Source: Candidatus Saccharimonadota bacterium
Lineage (GTDB): Bacteria > Patescibacteriota > Saccharimonadia > Saccharimonadales > UBA4665
Assembly (NCBI GenBank): GCA_002952755.1
Contig: CP025011.1
Span: 720,001-752,000 of the forward strand
Direction: 5' to 3'
DNA length: 32,000 nt
Shown: piece by piece, positions 1 to 6,551 of the stretch
Layout of the letters: every line of letters starts with the position of its first letter
How positions within the stretch are numbered: the first letter of the stretch is position 1
Translations under genes and position numbers: made by a program
The notes under the pieces: generated by a model
What the model was told of the DNA's origin: nothing
The model's database searches: none
What the model saw: only the letters and a program-made list of their open reading frames with translations

Positions 1-107
1 CAGAGAGTAAACAAATTATTAAATTGCCCTCCAAAATCAATGCAGGGGAGCCAGTACTTGCCCGGCTGCGCGAAGTCGCTGGCGATACGAACATAAAGAT
101 CCAATAA
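1..107 (+). CDS. 3' end of an unidentified CDS (partial, runs off the window start)
   Basis: Reading frame starting at nt 3 is open from the window edge (...AGEPVLARLREVAGDTNIKIQ) to TAA at 105-107. Too short to assign a family. Confidence 0.3.
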   Translation, partial: ESKQIIKLPSKINAGEPVLARLREVAGDTNIKIQ

Positions 108-164
108 TAGGGCGTGCCTGGATAAGAGCCTGTCTACCCGCTAGTTGCTTTTGTGATTAGTTCC

Positions 165-269
165 GATCACCCTGCCTGCTGCCCCAAGGGGAGTCGCGCG
201 TAGCGCAACCAGACCGACGTAAGTCGGCCTGTGTGAAACGCTCCCCTTGGGGCAGCAGGCAGGGTGATC
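165..269 (-). repeat. Hairpin-apex element, family A, copy 1 (candidate structured 3'-UTR RNA)
   Basis: 29-bp perfect inverted repeat (165-193 GATCACCCTGCCTGCTGCCCCAAGGGGAG pairs with 241-269). It encloses a 47-nt core (194-240) whose reverse complement, CGTTTCACACAGGCCGACTTACGTCGGTCTGGTTGCGCTACGCGCGA, matches the cores at 4219-4266 and 13131-13177. Confidence 0.8.
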
Positions 270-274
270 ATCTA

Positions 275-814
275 TTAGTTGAGCAATCCGAGATGGTCGA
301 GTGCCAGAAACGCACCGGCGGTATCAGTCAGCTGACCAGCACGTACTTGGGTGATGAAATCGGCGAGATCGACCAGCTCTACTTCACCAAATTCTGCATC
401 ATCTAGCTGCGGTTCAGTAACTTTCTTGCAATTTTTTATGATGATGACACTACGATCCATTTGGGTATAGGCGTCACTCTCCCACGTGCCAATCCAATCT
501 TCGACATCGCCGGCGTAGCCCGTTTCTTCGAGTAATTCGCGGATCGCAGCGTCGCGTGGCGGTTCATTGGCGTTTACCTTGCCGCCGGGTAATTCACGAA
601 GAATAGTGTTTGGGCCGGGCCGGTACTGCGGGATAGTGATAACTTTGCTGTCGGTAGTAAGCGCGAACACGCAAGCGCCGGCGTCTTCAATGCGCAAGTA
701 GTAGTCGGCGATCGTACCATTCGGCAAGCGGTAGTCGCGACGCTCAATGGTTTGAGAATATTTGTGGTAAGCGATTTCGCGTTTTAGCTCTTGCCATGTC
801 TGCGTTTTGGCCAT
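275..814 (-). CDS. NUDIX hydrolase (ADP-ribose pyrophosphatase-like)
   Basis: Complete Nudix box GKVNANEPPRDAAIRELLEETGY (GX5EX7REUXEEXGU). Strong SD AAGGAGGG upstream of the ATG at 814. Confidence 0.9.
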   Translation of the reverse strand: MAKTQTWQELKREIAYHKYSQTIERRDYRLPNGTIADYYLRIEDAGACVFALTTDSKVITIPQYRPGPNTILRELPGGKVNANEPPRDAAIRELLEETGYAGDVEDWIGTWESDAYTQMDRSVIIIKNCKKVTEPQLDDAEFGEVELVDLADFITQVRAGQLTDTAGAFLALDHLGLLN

Positions 815-863
815 GAACGTACCCTCCTTGTTGAGACCTCATTGTAGCATCATGTTTGGACGG

Positions 864-1928
864 CTAGTAGATGAGTCCGGCAGAGCGGGATAAAACGGCG
901 CCGAGTAGGCCAATTGCCACGAGCACTATGTCGAGCAACTTATGCTTCATGATGAAGGCTTCGCCGCGAACCAGGGTTTTGTGCCAGAGTAATCCATGCC
1001 GCAAGAAGAAGATGGCGAGGCTGACGGTAGCAATTGTGCTGACAGCAAACATACTCCAAGGGGCATTGGCGCCCGAGAGTAGCTGGACGCGGGAAACATC
1101 CTTGCTGGCGACAGTTTTTGGCATACTATTAGCTGCCCCAGGCGTAGTCGTTGTGGTGTTGGTTTCGGGAGCTTTTTTAGCAGGGTTGTCGCTGCTAGCT
1201 GGCGGCGCGGCAGGGTTTGCGGCCGCACTGGGTGCGCTCTGAGCGGGAGCTGGTTGCGTGGCAGGCGTTACTGTTGGTTGATGCGCGGGTGGTGGGGCGT
1301 TAGAAGTCGCAGCTGCAACGCTGGGTTGCGGGCTGCCATATTCAGCAACGACAATTGTCTCCGGCCCGGTACCTTGGTAGTCAGGAGAATTAGCTACGCC
1401 AAAGCCGACATCTGTATACGTTGTATTGAGAATGTTGGCACGGTGCTCGGCGCTATTCATCCAAGCGGTAACCGTGGCATCGCTACTATCGAATCCGTAA
1501 GCTAGGTTTTCGCCTGCAGTCTGATAACTATAGCCAGCGGCGGTAAAGAAAGTCCAGGGCGTGGCGCCGTCGGGCGTGTTGTGCGCCCAGTAATCTCTTG
1601 CGACCATATCATTCGCTTTCGCCTGGGCTGCGCTGGCGAGCTGGTTATTCAGCGCGAGGCTGCCAAGACCATTGCTAGACCGCTGCGCGTTGGTAGTAGT
1701 AGCCAATTCAGCAATGCTCATATCAGTGGCGTAGCCGAGAACGCTTTTATGTATATTGCCCAAAAAGCTATTACAAAAAAGTCCGACGGCCACGATGGCA
1801 ATAATTGGAATATAGGGCCAATAGGTCTTCATATAGTGGTCGTTGCGCTGATGATGCTGACCGCTGCGCCGCTTGTTGTGCGGCGACTTGGTAGAGACTC
1901 GTTTTTTTGATTTTGCTGCAAGAGCCAT
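864..1928 (-). CDS. Membrane-anchored CAP/SCP/PR-1 (YkwD-like) domain protein with a P/A/T-rich linker
   Basis: CAP-domain motifs YWAHNTPDG, GENLAYGF and AWMNSAEHRANIL. Basic N-terminus plus a TM helix, a long Pro/Ala/Thr-rich region, and two C-terminal hydrophobic helices. Confidence 0.8.
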   Translation of the reverse strand: MALAAKSKKRVSTKSPHNKRRSGQHHQRNDHYMKTYWPYIPIIAIVAVGLFCNSFLGNIHKSVLGYATDMSIAELATTTNAQRSSNGLGSLALNNQLASAAQAKANDMVARDYWAHNTPDGATPWTFFTAAGYSYQTAGENLAYGFDSSDATVTAWMNSAEHRANILNTTYTDVGFGVANSPDYQGTGPETIVVAEYGSPQPSVAAATSNAPPPAHQPTVTPATQPAPAQSAPSAAANPAAPPASSDNPAKKAPETNTTTTTPGAANSMPKTVASKDVSRVQLLSGANAPWSMFAVSTIATVSLAIFFLRHGLLWHKTLVRGEAFIMKHKLLDIVLVAIGLLGAVLSRSAGLIY

Positions 1929-1951
1929 CTTAATAAAAGTGTAGCATACGC

Positions 1952-2446
1952 CTATGCAAAGCGGCAGTGATACAGCGCCATGGCGGCTGCTTGCACAACG
2001 TTATACGATTCTTTACGGCCGAACATTGGTATCTCAAGCGCCATGTCACAGGCTGCCAACACTTCCGGTTCGACACCCTCAACTTCGCGACCAACGAGCA
2101 GCACGATCTTTTCGGGTGGGTGATAGTTGGGCAGCGCCTTTGCATGGTCAGCTTGTTCAATAGCGGCAATCAGGTAACCATTCTTTTTGAGCTTAGCGAT
2201 AACCGGGAAGATATCGGCATGGTGTGTATTGGGGAGCATAGTTTCGGCGCCGAGGGCAGTTTTGTGGATCTGGCGGGTGATTTTGAGAGCCTCGTGTGGC
2301 AAGCGCCGGTCGTTATTGTGCAAAGGGTAGGGTGTATAGCCACTGAGGATAACTTGACTTACGCCTAAGCCTTCAGCGGTTCGAAGCAGAGAGCCGACGT
2401 TATGGCAGCTCCGCAAATTATGAGCAATGAGGATGATATCACGCAT
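1952..2446 (-). CDS. SpoU/TrmH-family RNA 2'-O-methyltransferase
   Basis: SPOUT motifs NVGSLLRTAEGLG, LLVGREVEGV and IPMFGRKESYNVVQAAAMALY. Confidence 0.85.
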   Translation of the reverse strand: MRDIILIAHNLRSCHNVGSLLRTAEGLGVSQVILSGYTPYPLHNNDRRLPHEALKITRQIHKTALGAETMLPNTHHADIFPVIAKLKKNGYLIAAIEQADHAKALPNYHPPEKIVLLVGREVEGVEPEVLAACDMALEIPMFGRKESYNVVQAAAMALYHCRFA

Positions 2447-2510
2447 ATTACTTATGATTTATTGTGCCCGAAACGCTCTAAAAGCACAAATACGGGCGCG
2501 CCTAAAGCGG

Positions 2511-2540
2511 TTGTGCTTGGTAGAGTCTCCGATATATACT
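2511..2540 (+). promoter_or_regulatory. Putative sigma70-type promoter of the PilB-like gene
   Basis: TTGTGC (2511-2516), 18-nt spacer, TATACT (2535-2540). Only 7 nt separate the -10 box from the ATG at 2548, and no SD is present. Confidence 0.45.
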
Positions 2541-2547
2541 GAAGAGC

Positions 2548-4149
2548 ATGAGCCAAGATGCCCGCCACGACGAAGAGATGGCGACCCAACGCCGGGCGCG
2601 TATTTTGGGTTTAAACTATGTCGATACCTCGGCTATGACTAATAAGCAGCTATTTAATGATTTGCTGCCTGCGTCTGAGTTGTACCAACTGCGAGTAATT
2701 CCGCTATCTGCCGATAAAAGCAACATACTATTTGGTATCACCAACACTACCTCACAACAAGTGGTGCGCCAACTGGAACAGCGCTTCAGCGATAGGCGTT
2801 TGGCGTTCGCGATTATCTCTGATGCTGGCTACCGTGACTACATGCATCTGTATGATCCGCCGAAACAGGTAGTTTACCAGGATATCAATATTGTTAATTC
2901 GGATGACGCACAGCTATTGCAAGTAATATCTTCTACGCTGGCCCAAGTGCGTGCCGACGACATGCTGGCATACCTCGTGCAACAGGCATATAAGCTCAAA
3001 GCGTCGGACATTCACTTAGAGAACCAAGAGCAGAATATCCGCGTGCGTTTACGTGTGGATGGTGTACTGCACACTATAGCTACCATTGAACGCGGTAAAT
3101 ACCATCAATTGATGTCGGCTATTGCTAGTGCTGCAAACGTGTCTACCGATTCGTCCGATGCCCAAACCGGCCATATCAATAACCACTACCGATTGGCTAC
3201 GGGCGAAGACGTTACAGTGAATTTGCGCGTCGAAACGGTCCCTACGGCATATGGCCAGGACGTTGTCATGCGGCTATTTAATCTCGAGCTCGAATATCTC
3301 AATCTGGACAAACTGGGCCTTAGCAAGCGCGAACGGGATGTGGTGGATGACGTCATCCGTCATCCAACCGGTATGGTGCTCATTGTCGGTCCAACGGGAT
3401 CGGGCAAAACAACCACGCTCTATTCCCTCATTAATACGCTTAATAGTGATGAGCGCAAAGTTATTACCCTGGAGGATCCAATTGAGTATTTCATCCACGG
3501 CGTGGTACAAATTCCCGTCCACGGTGACAACGATGCTTCTGGTTTTGCTGATAAATTACGCGCCGTGCTGCGTCTCGACCCTGATATCGTGATGGTAGGT
3601 GAGATTCGTGATCAAGACACTGCGCGTACGGCTTTGCAATCCGCACTCACCGGCCATTTGGTGCTCAGCACCTTTCACGCTTCATCTGCCGCGGCCGCTC
3701 TGACGCGCATGCTCGACTACATTGGCATGAATCCGCTCTTTGCTTCTGCTATGCATCTGGTGATGGCGCAGCGCCTGGTTCGCAAGCTGGACGACGCGAC
3801 CAAGCAGGCGTATCAACCGGATGCCGGCCTGAAAGCGCAGTTGCAGCAAGTGATAAACACGCTGCCCCAAGGCATCGAGCGGCCGAATCTCGATACGGTT
3901 ACGCTCTACAGACCAGGTAGCTCTCCGGAAGTTCCTTTTGGCTACCAGGGTCAGATCGCGATCCGCGAACAGCTTATGATGACCCAGGGCATTCAACAAT
4001 TACTGCGTCTACCTCCCAATCAAATTACAACCGACATGCTCCAAAAAAAGGCACAAGAAGACGGTATGCTCACTATGGTGCAGGACGGCCTTCTGAAAGC
4101 CATAGAAGGTCTTACTTCTTTGGAAGAAGTGTACCGCGTCGTTAGTTAA
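2548..4149 (+). CDS. pilB: Type IV pilus / type II secretion assembly ATPase (PilB/GspE family)
   Basis: Walker A GPTGSGKTTTLYS, Asp box VITLEDPIEY, Walker B DPDIVMVGEIRD, His box TGHLVLSTFHA. N-terminal T2SSE_N-like region (RARILGLNYVD). Confidence 0.9.
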   Translation: MSQDARHDEEMATQRRARILGLNYVDTSAMTNKQLFNDLLPASELYQLRVIPLSADKSNILFGITNTTSQQVVRQLEQRFSDRRLAFAIISDAGYRDYMHLYDPPKQVVYQDINIVNSDDAQLLQVISSTLAQVRADDMLAYLVQQAYKLKASDIHLENQEQNIRVRLRVDGVLHTIATIERGKYHQLMSAIASAANVSTDSSDAQTGHINNHYRLATGEDVTVNLRVETVPTAYGQDVVMRLFNLELEYLNLDKLGLSKRERDVVDDVIRHPTGMVLIVGPTGSGKTTTLYSLINTLNSDERKVITLEDPIEYFIHGVVQIPVHGDNDASGFADKLRAVLRLDPDIVMVGEIRDQDTARTALQSALTGHLVLSTFHASSAAAALTRMLDYIGMNPLFASAMHLVMAQRLVRKLDDATKQAYQPDAGLKAQLQQVINTLPQGIERPNLDTVTLYRPGSSPEVPFGYQGQIAIREQLMMTQGIQQLLRLPPNQITTDMLQKKAQEDGMLTMVQDGLLKAIEGLTSLEEVYRVVS

Positions 4150-4191
4150 ATCGCGTTCCAGTTCATCTGCCGGGGATTAACGTCAATCCAA

Positions 4192-4293
4192 GACATCTAC
4201 CGCACACTCCATATGGAGCGTTACATGCAGGTCGGCCAAAGGTCGGTCTGGTTGCACTACGCTTGACTCTATCTGGAGTGTGCGGTAGATGTC
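4192..4293 (+). repeat. Hairpin-apex element, family A, copy 2 (candidate structured 3'-UTR RNA)
   Basis: Arms 4192-4218 and 4267-4293: 27 positions with 25 Watson-Crick pairs, 1 G-U wobble and 1 mismatch; the outer 20 bp are perfect. Core 4219-4266 is CGTTACATGCAGGTCGGCCAAAGGTCGGTCTGGTTGCACTACGCTTGA. Confidence 0.8.
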
Positions 4294-4372
4294 GAAACTA
4301 TACTATTCCCTTATAGCAACAGATGTGTTATGCTTGTCCTAAAGCCAAAAATAGTGTAAGGTGTATTAATCT

Positions 4373-4891
4373 ATGCAATCTGTTATTCAAAAAGTTGAAG
4401 CGAAGTATAAGAAGTCGGCTGTCGTAAATGTCAAAAGCGGCGACACGGTAAAAGTGCACCAGAAAATCCGTGAAGGCAATAAAGAGCGTGTGCAGATTTT
4501 CCAGGGGATGGTTATTCGTTGCGACCGTAAGGATAGCCACACCAGCCGCATTACGGTACGTCGTATCGCTAGTGGTATTGGTGTAGAAAAGAGCTTTCTG
4601 TTGCACAGCCCGCTCGTCCTCAAAGTAGAGGTTACCAAGCGCAGCAAGGTGCGCCGCAACTATCTGACATACATGCGCAACCGTACTGGCAAATCTGCCC
4701 GCTTGACCGGCGTCGAGTTTGACCGCATGGCGGTTAACGCCATTGTTGATACCAAGGCCGAGGAAGAGGAAGTAAAACTCGCTGAGGAAAAAGCCGCTGC
4801 CGCTGAGGCTGAAGCTGCCAAGAAAGCTGCGGAAGAAGCTGTCAATGAGGCGAAAGTGCAAGAGGCACTGGCCAAGCACGACGAATCCTAA
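4373..4891 (+). CDS. rplS: 50S ribosomal protein L19 with an Ala/Glu/Lys-rich C-terminal extension
   Basis: L19 signature GDTVKVHQKIREGNKERVQIFQGMVI...RRIASGIGVEK. SD AAGGTG upstream. About 55 extra C-terminal residues (KAEEEEVKLAEEKAAAAEAEAAKKAAEE...). Confidence 0.95.
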   Translation: MQSVIQKVEAKYKKSAVVNVKSGDTVKVHQKIREGNKERVQIFQGMVIRCDRKDSHTSRITVRRIASGIGVEKSFLLHSPLVLKVEVTKRSKVRRNYLTYMRNRTGKSARLTGVEFDRMAVNAIVDTKAEEEEVKLAEEKAAAAEAEAAKKAAEEAVNEAKVQEALAKHDES

Positions 4892-4915
4892 GCTTCAGTT
4901 TATACAGATTATGAG

Positions 4916-4945
4916 GACCCGCCCACAAGCGGGTCTTTTACTTTT
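4916..4945 (+). terminator. Rho-independent terminator of rplS
   Basis: GACCCGC (4916-4922) pairs with GCGGGTC (4929-4935) around a 6-nt loop, followed by TTTTACTTTT. Confidence 0.75.
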
Positions 4946-5082
4946 CTCTCAGGTCGTATCATCGCCTCATTTATCCTAAATCTCCTCCATATCTCCGTCC
5001 CCGCAAATAGCGATCTTTATACGTCACTTTTTGTCCCGCAAAAAGTAACCAAAAACTCCCCAAGGCAAACGTAAAACACTAC

Positions 5083-5179
5083 TGGAAAATACCCCGCACA
5101 GCATCTTCGCTGCGGAACTCGCCCTTGATTGGGCTCAAACAGTCCTCGCTCGTGCAGATGCTGTGCGGGGTATTTTCCA
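5083..5179 (-). repeat. Hairpin-apex element, family B, copy 1
   Basis: 24-bp perfect arms (5083-5106 pair with 5156-5179). The 49-nt core reverse-complemented reads GCACGAGC-GAGGACTGTTTGAGCCC-AATCAA-GGGCGAGTTCCGCAG-CGA and matches the core at 5413-5469. Confidence 0.8.
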
Positions 5180-5393
5180 ATCGGTTTTACTCCAGGCCCC
5201 GAACCTCGTCGGGAATGGAGACGAGAAGGTAAGGTCTTTCAGTATATACGAAGAAGAGATACTTAAAATCTGGAGGTCCTTATTAAGTGCAAAATAGGAG
5301 CAGTCCTGGATGCAGCTACATACGTATTTACCAACCACCTTTCAATCACAGGATCGAATATCCGACTAGTTCGGCCGTAATGGAAAACCGATT
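5179..5393. other. Long imperfect hairpin bridging the two family B elements (candidate ncRNA domain)
   Basis: AATCGGTTTT (5179-5188) pairs with AAAACCGATT (5384-5393). GGCC[CC]GAAC (5195-5204) pairs with GTTCGGCC (5369-5376). Local hairpin CTCGTC/GACGAG at 5205-5225. No credible ORF. Confidence 0.5.
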
Positions 5394-5491
5394 AGCTACA
5401 GCAGCCAAATTAGCGGATAAAGCCGAGGACTGTTTAAGCCCTTGTAAAGGGCGAGTTCCGCAGGCTCGTTAATTTGGCTGCTGTAGCTAGT
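5391..5491 (+). repeat. Hairpin-apex element, family B, copy 2
   Basis: Arms 5393-5412 and 5470-5489 form 20 perfect bp, plus one G-U and one A-T pair outside them. Core 5413-5469 is GCGGATAAAGCC-GAGGACTGTTTAAGCCC-TTGTAAA-GGGCGAGTTCCGCAG-GCTCGT. Confidence 0.8.
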
Positions 5492-5619
5492 AGGCTTTTT
5501 CATTCCTAGGCCGAGAGGTTTTTCGGTTCCTTTTTTGTGGAAAAAAAGAACATTACAAGGATTGCAAATCGCGGGTGGGGATTTACTGAGGAATTATTGG
5601 AATACCTCACGGAGCTGCT

Positions 5620-6213
5620 ATGGAGAAAATACAGGCAGCCTGTGCTAGACTGAGCAATATGATCGTGGGGATGGATGAAGTAGGGAGAGGGTGTTGGGCT
5701 GGTCCGCTAGTAGCCGGGGCGGTGGTGCTTGGCGCCCCAATTGCCGGGCTCAAAGACTCCAAGAAACTCACCAAGTTACGCCGCGAGAAGCTGGACGTAG
5801 AAATCCGGTTGCAGGCGCTTGGTTTTGGCCTTGGCTGGGTGGGGCCGGCAGAGCTGGACAAGGTAGGACTCACCGAAGCGGTACGCTTGGCCATGGCTCG
5901 GGCTTTAGCAGATGTAGCCGTCCCGTATGAACGAATTATTATAGACGGCAATTATAATTTTTTTGCAGACAACCCCAAGAGTTCTTGCTTGGTAGGTGCT
6001 GATAATAGCGTACCAGAGGTGAGTGCGGCAAGTATTATCGCCAAAGTGGCGCGCGATCGCTACATGGCTGAAATCGCATCCCTGTTTCCCGGTTATGGCT
6101 TTGAAAAACATGTTGGCTACGGCACTGCAGCCCATAACGCCGCACTCAATGTGCTCGGTATCTGCGGCCAGCACCGCCGTAGTTTTAAGCCAATTCAAGC
6201 CTATGCAGTATGA
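5620..6213 (+). CDS. rnhB: Ribonuclease HII
   Basis: Catalytic motifs VGMDEVGRGCWAGPLVAGAVV, DSKKLT and SAASIIAKVARD. SD GGAG upstream. Confidence 0.9.
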   Translation: MEKIQAACARLSNMIVGMDEVGRGCWAGPLVAGAVVLGAPIAGLKDSKKLTKLRREKLDVEIRLQALGFGLGWVGPAELDKVGLTEAVRLAMARALADVAVPYERIIIDGNYNFFADNPKSSCLVGADNSVPEVSAASIIAKVARDRYMAEIASLFPGYGFEKHVGYGTAAHNAALNVLGICGQHRRSFKPIQAYAV

Positions 6214-6551
6214 CGGCCACAGATACCGGCCGTAAGGCTGAATCGGCGGCTGCAGATTTTCTTGTGGATAAAGAGTACCGTATTATTGAGCGCAATTGGC
6301 GGACGAGATGGTGCGAGATCGACATTGTTGCCAAGCGTAGGGGTGTTATCTACTTTTGTGAGGTGAAATATCGCGCTTCAAATAGGCAAGGACAGGGGTT
6401 TGACTACATAACTGCCAAAAAACTTTCCCAAATGCATTTTGCCGCCGAATATTGGGTCTACCAGCACGGGCACGATGGAGACTATGAGCTATGTGCTATT
6501 GAAGTAGCTGGTTCAGACTTTCAAATAACAGGTGCCGTTACAAATTTGTAG
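6210..6551 (+). CDS. yraN: YraN-family (UPF0102) endonuclease-like protein
   Basis: GRKAESAAADFL...IIERNWR...CEIDIVA...FCEVKYR matches UPF0102. The ATGA start/stop overlap with rnhB suggests translational coupling, and rnhB-yraN adjacency is common in bacteria. Confidence 0.85.
   Translation: MTATDTGRKAESAAADFLVDKEYRIIERNWRTRWCEIDIVAKRRGVIYFCEVKYRASNRQGQGFDYITAKKLSQMHFAAEYWVYQHGHDGDYELCAIEVAGSDFQITGAVTNL

Noticed and set aside
4230-4247. GGTCGGC-N4-GGTCGGT tandem in family A copy 2 as a CtsR-like operator
   Set aside because: The direct-repeat appearance exists only in copy 2 and results from C-to-T changes that create G-U pairs in the inner hairpin. Copies 1 and 3 show an inverted repeat at the same position. 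The sequence and spacing also differ from the GGTCAAA-N3-GGTCAAA consensus.
4219-4266. Family A or B cores as known self-cleaving ribozymes or riboswitches
   Set aside because: No CUGAnGA...GAAA hammerhead core is present. Only superficial resemblance to twister or pistol (AAGCCC...GGGCG in family B). No match to the T-box, fluoride, ZTP, preQ1, guanidine or c-di-GMP consensus sequences I can recall. This is recall-based only, so an Rfam scan is still needed.
5135-5472. Track ORFs 5135-5338 (minus strand, 67 aa) and 5287-5472 (plus strand, 61 aa) in the rplS-rnhB gap
   Set aside because: Both run straight through the perfect inverted-repeat arms and cores of the family B elements. They overlap each other, and have no SD or -10 box at the start and no recognisable motif. 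They were treated as non-coding.
5083-5491. The triple-hairpin block as RNase P RNA, tmRNA, SRP RNA or 6S RNA
   Set aside because: No GAGGAAAGUCCGGGC or ACAGAACCCGGCUUA (RNase P). No tRNA-like 3' end with GGTTCGAATCC...CCA and no tag ORF (tmRNA). No AGGUCCGGAAGGAAGCAGC (SRP). A 6S-like rod for 5179-5393 cannot be excluded from sequence alone, but nothing specific supports it.
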